A program made the position numbers and the translations under genes. The notes beneath the pieces were generated by a model. It worked only from the letters and a program-made list of their open reading frames with translations. It ran no database searches and was not told the DNA's origin. From positions 643,593-707,592 of the forward strand of contig CAVRUU010000003.1 in the NCBI GenBank assembly GCA_963724515.1: a DNA stretch of 64,000 bases. The letters run 5' to 3'. Source of the stretch: Candidatus Eiseniibacteriota bacterium. Lineage in GTDB: Bacteria > Eisenbacteria > RBG-16-71-46 > SZUA-252. Below, one piece after another: positions 1 through 9,500 of the stretch. Each line of letters starts with the position of its first letter. The first letter of the stretch is position 1.

Positions 1-826
1 GCTGGTCCCACTGCTCGGCGCCGAGCGCGGTCCAGCGGACGTAGAATCTCTGTGGCGGTCCCCCGCTCGCGCGCGAGAGAACCGCGAGGTGCGAGACGTC
101 GAGCACCGAGGGGCCGCTGTATCCCTTGTGCGTGAACAGGAACCCTCCCTCGGTCACGAGCTTCCCGCGAGGCATCGGCGCTTCGATCGTCACGGGGAGC
201 GAGACCCCGGTGAGCGCTGAGTACCGGTGCGGATCCGCGGTGAGGGGCGTCAGCGCCGCGTAGGTATCGTGGACCGTATGCCCCAGGCCGCGCGCGATCG
301 TGAGGCCCGTGCCGTCGCTCCCGGTGGCCGGCACCGAGAGCCCGCCGGTCGCGACGATCACCGCGGAGGCGCGAATCTCGGCGCCGCCGGCGAGCCGGAC
401 CCGCCACCCGGGGGTAAGTCCCGTCACATGGGATTCCGGGCGCACCTCGACGCCGCATCCTTCGGCGAACGCCCTCAGCCCGTCGCGGACGTCGTGCGCC
501 CTGTTCGAGACGGGAAAGAGCTTTCCCGTTTCCTCTTCGAGCGCGAGCGGGATCGCCAGGTCTTCCTCGAAGAACCGCCGCTGTTCCCGCAGCGGCCAGG
601 AGAGAAGCATCTTCTTGAGCGTATTCGGCGAGGAGGTTGTTACGAAGCGGGAGGGCAAGAGTGCCGACGGGAGGACGTTGCAGCGGCCGCCCCCGCTCAT
701 GAGGATCTTCCGGCCGCCGTCGCGGGTCCGCTCGAGGAGCAGCACGCGGCGCGGGGGGTCCTCGCCCGTCTCGGGACGCGCCGCGAAGATGGCGGCCATG
801 AAACCGGCGGCGCCCGCGCCGATCAC
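1..826 (-). CDS. HI0933-like NAD(P)/FAD-dependent oxidoreductase (BaiN/YhiN family), 5' part only; C-terminus lies beyond window start
   Basis: Minus-strand translation gives a Rossmann N-terminus '...PPIVVIGAGAAGFMAAIFAA...' followed by 'RKILMSGGGRCNVL', the signature of the HI0933 family. No stop in the window, so it is absent from the ORF track. The start is inferred as a GTG immediately before the GxGxxG motif, because the upstream gene's stop is at 862; start is uncertain. Confidence 0.55.
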   Translation of the reverse strand, partial: MIGAGAAGFMAAIFAARPETGEDPPRRVLLLERTRDGGRKILMSGGGRCNVLPSALLPSRFVTTSSPNTLKKMLLSWPLREQRRFFEEDLAIPLALEEETGKLFPVSNRAHDVRDGLRAFAEGCGVEVRPESHVTGLTPGWRVRLAGGAEIRASAVIVATGGLSVPATGSDGTGLTIARGLGHTVHDTYAALTPLTADPHRYSALTGVSLPVTIEAPMPRGKLVTEGGFLFTHKGYSGPSVLDVSHLAVLSRASGGPPQRFYVRWTALGAEQWDQ

Positions 827-861
827 GACGATCGGTGGGCCGGTCTTACCTCCGGGGCGCG

Positions 862-3800
862 CTATCTCAGGATCGCCATCTTCTTGGAGGACGTGTGCCC
901 GTCGGGATAGGTGATCAGATAGAAGTAGATGCCGCTCGCGGTCCTCTTCCCCGACTCCACGATTCCGTTCCAACGCGCCGCGTGGATTCCCGCGGGCTGC
1001 ACGGCGTCCACGAGGGTCCGGACCAGCCTTCCCCGGACGTCGTAGACGCGGACCGTGACGCGGCCCGCCGCCGACAGGCTGTACGGAATCACGGTCTCGG
1101 GGTTGAACGGGTTGGGGCGATTCTGCATCAGCGCATCGACGAATGAAGGCGGCGGCGTCACGTCGACGGTGCTCAATACCCGGGTCGCGTCCTGAATCGG
1201 GTAGAGCGGGCCGTAGGTGCCGGTGCTGAAGCCGGTCAGGGTCGCCCAATTGCCGTACTTGTTCGCATCCGTCGGGCACGGCCAGCAGGATGCCGTGTCC
1301 GAGCCCGACCGCGGTCCGCGGCAGCTCGTCAGGAACTTGTAGAGCACCTGGGCGCGGGTGTCGACCAGGTTCGAGCCGCCCTGGCGGATGAACTGGATCG
1401 AGAAGCCGTAGCCCAGAGCCTTGTTCCGGTCGTGATCGTTGAGCACGTCACGCTCGGTCGCGTGGGAGACCGCCGCGACGTTCGTCACGGATGCGAAGGT
1501 CGGATAGGTCGCCGAGTTCTGTGCCTCCGCGCTCCCGATCCCGACCAGCGCGTCGAATCGGTTGGCGACCGGACAGCCGCCGTCCACGAAGTAGACGTAG
1601 GCACCCGGCGTCCCAAGGCCAGGACCCGCGGCCGGATCCGCGAACAGATCCCTGATTGTCGGTTGGGTGATCGAACCGCCGCCGTTCCACTGATTCGCCG
1701 CCGCGGCCACGCCTAGCACGCTCGTCGCCAACGCGTTCTCGTTCGGGTGCGACGGGCCGCCGACCGCCAGCAACTCGTCGAAGAAATTATCGCCCGAGGC
1801 GAAGAAGCAACGGTCACCCCCATCGGCGCCCGGTGTCGGGGTCTCCCACCATTGTTTGATGAGCTTCGCGCTCGACTCTTCATCGACAACCACGGTCGAG
1901 ACATGCGAGGACTCGATCATGATGCGATACCAGAGTGCCAGCGAGTCCTTGATGCTGTACTCGTCCATGTTCGGGAAATAGTTCCCGAATCGTCCCGCGC
2001 GGGTCCCCACAAATTCATGGCCGCCGATGTGGTTTCCCTCATCATCCCCCTGGAGCGTTCGGTAACGATCGGCGCGGACTCCGAGCGCGCGAAGGGCCTG
2101 GGTGACCGGATCGACGTAGTAGTTCCACTTCGTGTAACTGCCGTCCAGGTTCAGGATCGGCGTGCTGGTCTTCCCCGCCAATTGCGTGCCGACCGCTCCA
2201 GGCGAATAGACACGCGGGAGCACGTTGAACTCGAAGATGTCCGGGGCCACGATCGATCCGCCTGGAAGGATCGGGAGGTCCTCCACTTCGTAGGCCCGCC
2301 AGTCAGCGCTGAACCGGTAGGTGGTCCCGCCGTTCAAGTCAACGCCCTTGAGGTAGTACTGCAGCCGGGTTCCGCGCGGAAGGAACGCCAGCTGGCTGTA
2401 GAGGGATTTGCCGTTCACGCTGAATCCACCGGGAAGCGAGGAACCAATCTTGTCGCGCGGAGGCCAGTTCATTCGAAATCTCGTGTCGATCAGCACGGTG
2501 TCTGGGGAAGATAGCGCCACGGAGTTCGCGTCGAGCTCGCTCGAATCGAAGGGGCTCCAGGTCTTCGTCGCCGGGTCGAAAATGCGGAAAATGACGCGAG
2601 GTGCGTCGAAGGCAGCGACGAAGTTCGGGTTGGTGTGGGCGATGGTCAGACCAAGACTCACGCTCTTGTCGAACCCATGATGCCAGTTGATACCCATTCC
2701 ATCGCGACGGAGCCCCGTTCCGATCGAGACCGTGATCGAATCACCGAGAGGGCTGTTGAAGTTGTCGCGCACCGCGCCACCCGCAACGCCGCCCGCGATA
2801 TCGCTTCCCCGTATGCCCGGCCAGCAGGCGCCAGCGGTTACCGTGGCCGCGTTGCATCCGGTTCCGGCCATGGTGCCGTCGATGAAGGTGGATTGGGCGG
2901 GAAATGCCGGCAGAATCCCAAAAACTGGGGACGGCACGCCGGTCACGACCTCGAGCCGGAAGTTGTCGTACAGCAGGCCGTATATGACGTCGCCGCAGTT
3001 GTTGAGGTCAGCCGACAGCAAAGGCACGCATTGAACGGAGTAGCGGAGCTGGACCGAGTCCGCCTGAGTGGCCTCGGCCAGCTCGGCACGGACATCGTAC
3101 CAGTATTGAAGAGCCGCTCCCCGTCTCGTCCCGGCGAGAAACGTGTTTCTCCATCTTCTCCAAGAGCCGTCCTTGAAGAAGCGATACTCGGCGAATTGGA
3201 TGTAGCCTTGAAACCTGGGCAGATCCTCATACTGGGACCACTGGCCGACAACCGATGCAATTCCAGGAGGAATGGGGAACGTACAGGACACGATCGAGTT
3301 GAACTGGTTGGGCACGGTGTGGAAGTTGCCCACGTTGCCGCCCTCGAAGATCAGGTCGGTTGCCGTGTTCTTCGGCGTACAGGTATCCGGAGTAGGCAGG
3401 CTCGAGCCCTGCACGAGCTGCCAGAGGGTGCCCACGCCGGGCGCCACGCGAGCCGAGACGATCGGAGCGCCGGGCGTGCCGACAAGCACCGCGCCCAGAA
3501 ACGCGTCGACGCCTCCCGCCGCGGCCTGGTCCGTGTAGATGGTGCCGTTGTCGCTCGTGAAGATGTTGTCCAAAAGCTGGCCATGGCCCTCGGGCCAGAG
3601 GCCGTCCTCCGAAGAATTGAAGCAGTCGGACTTGAACACCAAGTAGAGCGCGCGGTTCGAGGCGTCGATCGTGAACGAGGCGCCCGTCACCGTGGCCGGC
3701 GCGCCCGCGCCGCTCGTGACCATGATCGGGCCACCCGTGGTGCTTCCGCCGGTTGCGTTCGGCGTGGTCGGGGAGATGCTACCCGTCCACTGAATCAGGT

Positions 3801-4464
3801 ACGTCCCGGCCCCGATGATCCCGTCCAGCACGCTTCTGGAGTTCCCGATCGGGTCGACAGCGCCGCCACCCCCGCCGATCAACCAGACGAAGTCGTAGCC
3901 GCCCTCGGTGCTGAATTGATAATCGAACGTGAGGTTGTAACTCGCACCGTGCGTCCCGGTGTCTATGTAGAGGATCTGGTACGTGAAGTTCGCGTAGCCA
4001 TACTTCACGACCCAATTCGCGTCGAATTTGCCGCACCAGAGCATCCGACTCCCCCCGATCGCCGGGGGGCAGTTCCCACCGGTGGTGCAGGTCGCGTTGT
4101 CCGAGACGTGCCACAGAACATCGCTCAGCGACTGGTCCACGACTTGGTACGGCCCCGTCGTGCCGGCCGTGTAGGAGTTCAGCGAGTCGGCTTGCGGGGT
4201 CGTCCGGGGAGTCCACGTGCTGTTCGCGCGATCGATGCACGCGCCGGGGTAGAGGAACCACGTAGTCGTCGCGGTCGCGGACCTGACGATCGAGCCAGCC
4301 CACGTCGGTGCAGGGACAGGTGACGGCGGCGGCGGGTAGCCCCCACCCTTGACGCGTTCGGCGGCCATGATGGGCGCGGGAGACAGGATCGGGAGAAGCG
4401 TCAGCGAAAGGACTACGAGGAGGACGTGGGCGCGATTCCGTGACTGCACAAGAAGCAAATCCAT
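862..4464 (-). CDS. Large secreted protein (1200 aa) with N-terminal signal peptide and C-terminal FlgD-Ig/T9SS-type sorting domain; function unknown
   Basis: ORF-track ORF. N-terminus 'MDLLLVQSRNRAHVLLVVLSLTLLPILSPAP' is signal-peptide-like. The C-terminal ~90 aa 'NRPNPFNPETVIPYSL...VRVYDVRGRLVRTLVD...SGIYFYLI...KKMAILR' matches the Por-secretion-tail / FlgD-Ig-like pattern. No HExxH or other catalytic motif recognised. Confidence 0.7.
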   Translation of the reverse strand: MDLLLVQSRNRAHVLLVVLSLTLLPILSPAPIMAAERVKGGGYPPPPSPVPAPTWAGSIVRSATATTTWFLYPGACIDRANSTWTPRTTPQADSLNSYTAGTTGPYQVVDQSLSDVLWHVSDNATCTTGGNCPPAIGGSRMLWCGKFDANWVVKYGYANFTYQILYIDTGTHGASYNLTFDYQFSTEGGYDFVWLIGGGGGAVDPIGNSRSVLDGIIGAGTYLIQWTGSISPTTPNATGGSTTGGPIMVTSGAGAPATVTGASFTIDASNRALYLVFKSDCFNSSEDGLWPEGHGQLLDNIFTSDNGTIYTDQAAAGGVDAFLGAVLVGTPGAPIVSARVAPGVGTLWQLVQGSSLPTPDTCTPKNTATDLIFEGGNVGNFHTVPNQFNSIVSCTFPIPPGIASVVGQWSQYEDLPRFQGYIQFAEYRFFKDGSWRRWRNTFLAGTRRGAALQYWYDVRAELAEATQADSVQLRYSVQCVPLLSADLNNCGDVIYGLLYDNFRLEVVTGVPSPVFGILPAFPAQSTFIDGTMAGTGCNAATVTAGACWPGIRGSDIAGGVAGGAVRDNFNSPLGDSITVSIGTGLRRDGMGINWHHGFDKSVSLGLTIAHTNPNFVAAFDAPRVIFRIFDPATKTWSPFDSSELDANSVALSSPDTVLIDTRFRMNWPPRDKIGSSLPGGFSVNGKSLYSQLAFLPRGTRLQYYLKGVDLNGGTTYRFSADWRAYEVEDLPILPGGSIVAPDIFEFNVLPRVYSPGAVGTQLAGKTSTPILNLDGSYTKWNYYVDPVTQALRALGVRADRYRTLQGDDEGNHIGGHEFVGTRAGRFGNYFPNMDEYSIKDSLALWYRIMIESSHVSTVVVDEESSAKLIKQWWETPTPGADGGDRCFFASGDNFFDELLAVGGPSHPNENALATSVLGVAAAANQWNGGGSITQPTIRDLFADPAAGPGLGTPGAYVYFVDGGCPVANRFDALVGIGSAEAQNSATYPTFASVTNVAAVSHATERDVLNDHDRNKALGYGFSIQFIRQGGSNLVDTRAQVLYKFLTSCRGPRSGSDTASCWPCPTDANKYGNWATLTGFSTGTYGPLYPIQDATRVLSTVDVTPPPSFVDALMQNRPNPFNPETVIPYSLSAAGRVTVRVYDVRGRLVRTLVDAVQPAGIHAARWNGIVESGKRTASGIYFYLITYPDGHTSSKKMAILR

Positions 4465-4519
4465 GCGAACCTCGCACTGTTCCGCGCCCCGGAACGGAGT
4501 ACAACAGAGCGGAATTCTA

Positions 4520-7500
4520 TCACAAAAGTCCCCCGATTGCGAGTTCGAATGCCCGCTCGAGCGTCATCGTGCGCCCCTTCGAAAAGACCGCGGCCGCGCC
4601 ATCGGCGCCCACCTCATCCCACAGCGAGCCCAGGTCCTCCTGGATTCTCCGCTGATCCTCCGGCATGGGTTTCACGCCGAGGGTTTCCCGGAGCGCGCGG
4701 GACGCGCCGTACAGGGTGAGCGCGCGCTCGGGCTGGTCCTGCCGGAACTCCAGCGCCGCGCACCGCTCCAGCGCGTCCACCATTCCCTGCCGGTCCCCGA
4801 TCTCGTGGAGGATCTCGAGGCTCTCCTTGAGGTACGCGCGGGCGCGCGGGAGATCGTGATCGTTTGCCGCGAGGAGACCCAGCTCTCCCAGCGAGTACGC
4901 GATCCCGGACCGCTCCCCGAGCTCACGCTGGAGCGCCAGCCCCTGCTCGTGGTACGCGTGGGCCGCGGCATCGTCCCCTTGCGCGCGGGCCGAAGTGCCC
5001 AGACCGTTCAACGTGATCGCTTCTCCGGTCCGGTCTCCCAGCTCTCGCTCGAGCGTGAGCGATTCCTCGTAGAACTGGCGCGCGCGCGCGTAGTCCTCCT
5101 GACCCAGCGCCACGCTCCCCAGATTGTGGAGCACGGCGGCGATTCCGTGACGATCGTCGATCGCGCGGCAGTGGACGAGGCTCTCTTCATAGGCGGACTT
5201 CGCCGCGGCGTGGTCCCCTTTCATGTACGCGAGGTTCCCCAGCTCCTTGAACGCCGACGCAAGCCCCTCCCGGTCGCCCTCCTCCCGCGCGATCGCAATG
5301 CACGCTTCGATCCGGTCGTGGGAGCCCGCGTAGTCTCCGAGACAGCGGGCCAGAACGGCGGCGCCGTGCAGGGCCTTCGCGCGCGCCGCGCCGCGCGCGG
5401 GCGCGCCGGGCGACTCCAGCGCTTTCCCGAGACGGCGGTTTCCCTCTTGCCAGAGCCCGCGGATCCACCAGAAGCGCCACAGGCTCGCGCAGAGGGAGAG
5501 TCCGCTCGAGCCGTCGCCGCGCTCGTGCGCCACCTCGACCGCCTGGCGGAAGTTGTCGTGCTCCTCCTCGAGACGGTTGAGCCAGGAAGCCTGCTCGGGT
5601 CCCATGAGCTCGGGTTCCACGCGCTCCGCGAGCGCGCGATAGAACTCGGCGTGTCGTCCGACGTGCGCGTCCCATCCTCCGCCGCGCTGGAGCCGCTCCC
5701 TGCCGTAGGCTCTCAGGGTCTCGAGCAACCGGTAGCGCGCGGTCCCTTCGCGGCCTTCCTCCGGAGTGAGGAGGGACTTGTCGACCAGGTGAGCCAGGAG
5801 ATCGAGGATCTCCTCCTCGCCGATTCCGTCTCCGGAGCAGACCGCCTCCGCGGCCTCGAGCGAGAGCCCTCCCGCGAACACGCTGACGCGCTGGAAGAGC
5901 TGCTGCTCCTTTTCCTCGAGCAGGTCGTAGCTCCAGTCCACCGCGGCCCGAAGCGTCTGCTGGCGCTGCAGCGTGGCCGTGCTCCCCGTCGTGAGAAGCC
6001 GGAAGCGATCCTCGAGGCGGCCGAGGATCTGGGGTGCCGGGAGCACCTTGATGCGGGCCGCCGCCAGCTCGATCGCGAGCGGGATCCCGTCCAGGCGCCC
6101 GCAGATCTGCGCCACCGTCCAGGCGTTCTGATCCGTGAGCGTGAACGCGGGCTGTACCGCGGCGGCGCGATCCACGAAGAGTCGTACCGATTCATAGCGG
6201 CTCACCGCCTGGCGCGGGAGCGGCGTGCCGGCGGGATCCGGAACGCTGAGCGAGGGAATCCGCCAGAGGTTTTCCCCGGCGACTCCGAGCGCCTGGCGGC
6301 TCGTGGCCAGGATGCGGAGCCCGGGTGCCGCGGCGAGGAGCGTGTTGGCCAACGCCGCGCAGGTGGGAGTCACGTGCTCGCAGTTGTCGAGAACGAGAAG
6401 CAGGGAGCGCGAGGCGAGATGCTCCGCGATCGTCTCGGCGATCGGTCGTCCCGGCTCCTCCCGAAGCCCCAGGGCCACGGCCACGCTCTGCGGCACGAGC
6501 GAAGGATCCGAGAGGGCGGCCAGCTCCACGATCCATGCTCCGTCCGTGAACCGTTCGAGAAGATTCCTTGCGACCTGGACGGCAAGCCGCGTTTTCCCGC
6601 ATCCACCTGACCCGAGGAGCGTCACGAGCCTTGCCGAGCCGAGGAGGCGCGCCACTTCCTGCATCTCCTCCTGACGGCCGACGAAGCTCGTCAACGATAG
6701 CGGAAGGTTGTTCGGAACGCGGGTGGGAGCATCGGCGGCGCCTGGGGATGGCGCGGGCGGCCGAGGTTCGTCGGAAAGCGAGCGCAGCGCCGCGGAGATT
6801 TCCGAGCCGCGCGAGTACCGCCGGTCGCGGTCCTTCGTCATCGCGCGCTGCACGATCGCGTCGAATGCGCGGGACAGCCCGGGCCTTACCCGGCTCGGGG
6901 CGGGGGGCTCGACGAGGGTGATCTCGTGGATGATCGAGAGGGCGCTCGGACCTTCGAACGGGACGCGTCCCGTCGCGGCCTCGTAGAGCACGACCCCCAG
7001 GGAGAAGAGGTCCGACCTCGGATCGAGGGTGTCCCCCCGCGTCTGTTCGGGGGACATGTAGGAGACCGTCCCCGCGATAGCGCCCGCGCGCGTCAGATCG
7101 CTCACGGTCGCCGCGGGCGCGGCCGGGCTCGCCTCTCCCTCCACGCGCTTCGCCAGGCCGAAGTCGGCGACCTTGGCGCGGCCCGAGCGTGTGAGCAGGA
7201 TGTTCGCGGGCTTGATGTCTCGATGGATGAGACCGAGCGCGTGCGCCGCGTCCAGCGCCTCCGCCACGTCGCCACCGATCCGGACCACCTCCTCCAGCTC
7301 GAGCGGCCCGCGGGAGACGCGGGCGCGTAGCGTCTCCCCTTCCACGAATTCCATCGCGATGAAGTGGTATCCGTCGGCCTCCTCGACCTCGTAGATCGTG
7401 ACGATGTGGGGATGGTTCAGCGTTGCGGCGAGCTGGGCCTCGCGGATGAAACGCTGGCGCGCGGACACGGAGTCGAGCGCGTCGCCGGAGAGGATCTTGA

Positions 7501-7618
7501 GCGCCACGTCGCGGCCGAGCCGCTCATCGCGCGCGCGATAGACGACTCCCATGCCGCCGGTGCCGAGGCGCTCCGCGATGCGGTAGCGCGAAATGGCCTT
7601 TCCGACCTGTATATCCAC
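4520..7618 (-). CDS. PknK-like STAND Ser/Thr protein kinase: N-terminal Hanks kinase, central P-loop NB-ARC/AAA NTPase, C-terminal TPR repeats
   Basis: Kinase motifs 'LGTGGMGVVYRA', 'HRDIKPANILL', 'DFG', 'SPE'; then a Pro-rich linker; then P-loop 'LLGSGGCGKTRLAVQVA'; then multiple TPR-like repeats with 'LGxxAxxxG' periodicity. The ORF track starts at 8035, but its first ~139 codons are Arg/Gly-rich and overlap the upstream gene that stops at 7681. I place the start at an in-frame GTG (about 7618) just before 'VDIQVGKAISRYRIAERLGTGG'. Confidence 0.75.
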   Translation of the reverse strand: MDIQVGKAISRYRIAERLGTGGMGVVYRARDERLGRDVALKILSGDALDSVSARQRFIREAQLAATLNHPHIVTIYEVEEADGYHFIAMEFVEGETLRARVSRGPLELEEVVRIGGDVAEALDAAHALGLIHRDIKPANILLTRSGRAKVADFGLAKRVEGEASPAAPAATVSDLTRAGAIAGTVSYMSPEQTRGDTLDPRSDLFSLGVVLYEAATGRVPFEGPSALSIIHEITLVEPPAPSRVRPGLSRAFDAIVQRAMTKDRDRRYSRGSEISAALRSLSDEPRPPAPSPGAADAPTRVPNNLPLSLTSFVGRQEEMQEVARLLGSARLVTLLGSGGCGKTRLAVQVARNLLERFTDGAWIVELAALSDPSLVPQSVAVALGLREEPGRPIAETIAEHLASRSLLLVLDNCEHVTPTCAALANTLLAAAPGLRILATSRQALGVAGENLWRIPSLSVPDPAGTPLPRQAVSRYESVRLFVDRAAAVQPAFTLTDQNAWTVAQICGRLDGIPLAIELAAARIKVLPAPQILGRLEDRFRLLTTGSTATLQRQQTLRAAVDWSYDLLEEKEQQLFQRVSVFAGGLSLEAAEAVCSGDGIGEEEILDLLAHLVDKSLLTPEEGREGTARYRLLETLRAYGRERLQRGGGWDAHVGRHAEFYRALAERVEPELMGPEQASWLNRLEEEHDNFRQAVEVAHERGDGSSGLSLCASLWRFWWIRGLWQEGNRRLGKALESPGAPARGAARAKALHGAAVLARCLGDYAGSHDRIEACIAIAREEGDREGLASAFKELGNLAYMKGDHAAAKSAYEESLVHCRAIDDRHGIAAVLHNLGSVALGQEDYARARQFYEESLTLERELGDRTGEAITLNGLGTSARAQGDDAAAHAYHEQGLALQRELGERSGIAYSLGELGLLAANDHDLPRARAYLKESLEILHEIGDRQGMVDALERCAALEFRQDQPERALTLYGASRALRETLGVKPMPEDQRRIQEDLGSLWDEVGADGAAAVFSKGRTMTLERAFELAIGGLL

Positions 7619-7680
7619 AGGATCCTCGGTTCGACGGTGGCGTGGCTTCCAGGGATCCCCGCTAGCATACTCCGCTTTGC

Positions 7681-9435
7681 CTAGTTCTCGGGGTTCCCTG
7701 CGACTTTCCGCCGCAGCGCCTCCAGATATGCATGATCGACCGGGTATCCGAGCGCCTGGGCCCTGAGGGCGTCCTCGAGCGCGCCCGCGGTATCGCCCGT
7801 CCGCATCCTCACGCCGCTTCTCCAGACGTAGGCCTTCGCGTTGCTCGGCTGGAGCGCGATCGAGGCGTCGAAGTCCGCCAGCGCCCGATCCAACCGGTTC
7901 GAGGCGCTCCGCGAGAGGGCGCGGTTCAGGTAGCCCTCCGCGTAGTCCCCCTTCAGCTCGATGGCCCGCGTGAACGCGCGCTCCGCTTCCTCCCGCGATC
8001 CAAGCGTGAGCTGGACTGCTCCGAGACTGTTCCACGCGACGGCGTCGTCGGACTTGATGCCGACACTCTTCTCGAGATCCGCCAGCGCTCCCGGGTTGTC
8101 CCCCTCCAGGAAGCGGAGCGTCCCCCGCATCGTCAGCGCCCGGTCGTTGTTCCCGTCGAGCGAGAGCGCCTTGTCGACATCGGCCATCGCGCGGTCATTC
8201 TCACCCAGGAGCATGTAGGAGCGGGCCCGCTTCGTGTAGCCGAGCGGAAGCGTCGGGTAGTGGCTCAGCACATCGGTCCAGAGCGCGACGTTGTCCTTCC
8301 AGACCGCGCACCGCGCCCGGGTCGCGAAGAGAGCGAGCACGCCTGAGACAGCGAGGAGAACGAGGAACGCCGTCCTCCAGACGGCCTGCCGCGCCGGCAG
8401 GCTCCGGACGAGTAGCCGGAAGATGCTCGCGAGGATGAGCCCCACCCCGATGTAGGAGAGATACGTGTATCGATCCGCGATGATGGCGCTGCCCACGGGA
8501 AATAATTGCAAGACAAGCGCCACGTTCGCGAGGAAGAAGAGGGCTCCGAACGCGGCCGCCCTCTCTTTCCTCGCGACCAGCCATGTGGCAGCGCCGAACG
8601 CCAGAACGCCGAGCGGCGCCAGGTAGAAGATCATCGGCAGCGCTCCACCCGTCCTCAGGGGATACGGATAGAAGGCGGAGAGATCCAGGGGGAGGATGGC
8701 GCGAATCAGGTAGGCGCAGATGCCATAGGAGGCGAAGAGGATCCGCTCGTGGAACGCGAACGAAGCGAGGTCTTGCAGGGCTCCCTGGCGCGCCTGCGCC
8801 ACGATCGACAGGTAACCGAACACGAGCGCGATGACGACGAAGGGAGCCTTCTCGGCGAGCGTACGAGCGCTCGGCTTCCGGCGCAGGTGGAAGTCGATCG
8901 CCACGAGCGCCAGAGGCAGGCTCACCGCCATCCCCTTGGCCAGGAGGGAGAGAACGAACAGGAACAGAGAGCCGACGTAGTAGAGAGCACCCTTTCGATG
9001 CTTCCCTGCCCAGAGGATATAGCTGATACACGACGCAATGTAGAAGACCGCGAAGAGAACGTCCTTCCGGCCCGACACCCACGCGACCGATTCCACGTGG
9101 AGCGGATGAATGCCGAAAAAGAGCGACGTGATCACGGACAGCTCGGTCGAGCCCGTGAGCAGCAGGAGGAACCAGAAAACGGCAACGGTCGCGAGCACGT
9201 GAAGGGCGATGTTCGTGATGTGGTAGCCCTTCGGGTTCAACTTCCACAGGCGGTAGTCCAGCGCGTAGGAGGCCATCGTCAGCGGCTGGTAGTTGCCTTC
9301 GACGTACGTGCGAAACATCGCCCCGATGCCGGCGGGAGACGGATCGCGGATCAACGAATTCTCCGTCACGTACTGGGGATCGTCCCAATCGGTGAACCCG
9401 TTCTGGATCGCGGGCCAGAACGCGAACGCGGTCAC
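7681..9435 (-). CDS. TMTC-like membrane protein: N-terminal multi-TM DUF1736-type domain ('WPAIQNGFTDWDDPQYVTEN') plus C-terminal TPR repeats; putative protein O-mannosyl-transferase-like glycosyltransferase
   Basis: ORF-track ORF. Hallmark motif 'FxWDDxxYVxEN' follows the first TM segment; ~10 TM helices; C-terminal TPR repeats. The true start is probably ~18 codons upstream of the track start: the in-frame upstream reads '...IRSAGPKAAWWLPPVIALV' (a TM helix) but contains no ATG/GTG/TTG. Confidence 0.7.
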   Translation of the reverse strand: MTAFAFWPAIQNGFTDWDDPQYVTENSLIRDPSPAGIGAMFRTYVEGNYQPLTMASYALDYRLWKLNPKGYHITNIALHVLATVAVFWFLLLLTGSTELSVITSLFFGIHPLHVESVAWVSGRKDVLFAVFYIASCISYILWAGKHRKGALYYVGSLFLFVLSLLAKGMAVSLPLALVAIDFHLRRKPSARTLAEKAPFVVIALVFGYLSIVAQARQGALQDLASFAFHERILFASYGICAYLIRAILPLDLSAFYPYPLRTGGALPMIFYLAPLGVLAFGAATWLVARKERAAAFGALFFLANVALVLQLFPVGSAIIADRYTYLSYIGVGLILASIFRLLVRSLPARQAVWRTAFLVLLAVSGVLALFATRARCAVWKDNVALWTDVLSHYPTLPLGYTKRARSYMLLGENDRAMADVDKALSLDGNNDRALTMRGTLRFLEGDNPGALADLEKSVGIKSDDAVAWNSLGAVQLTLGSREEAERAFTRAIELKGDYAEGYLNRALSRSASNRLDRALADFDASIALQPSNAKAYVWRSGVRMRTGDTAGALEDALRAQALGYPVDHAYLEALRRKVAGNPEN

Positions 9436-9500
9436 CAGGGCGATGACCGGGGGGAGCCACCACGCCGCCTTCGGGCCGGCGCTTCGAATCGGAGTGGAGG

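Noticed and set aside
227-914. Plus-strand ORFs 227..910 and 300..914 (227 and 204 aa)
   Set aside because: Arg/Gly/Pro-rich junk translations antisense to the HI0933-family flavoprotein gene, whose minus-strand translation has clear Rossmann and GGGRCN motifs.
2635-6610. Long plus-strand ORFs 2635..4323 (562 aa) and 4349..6610 (753 aa)
   Set aside because: Low-complexity R/G/A/P-rich translations lying antisense to the 1200-aa secreted protein and the STAND kinase genes; typical high-GC shadow ORFs.
7619-8035. First ~139 codons of kinase ORF 4520..8035
   Set aside because: Junk-like composition; overlaps the upstream TMTC-like gene that stops at 7681; an in-frame GTG just before the kinase subdomain I is a better start.
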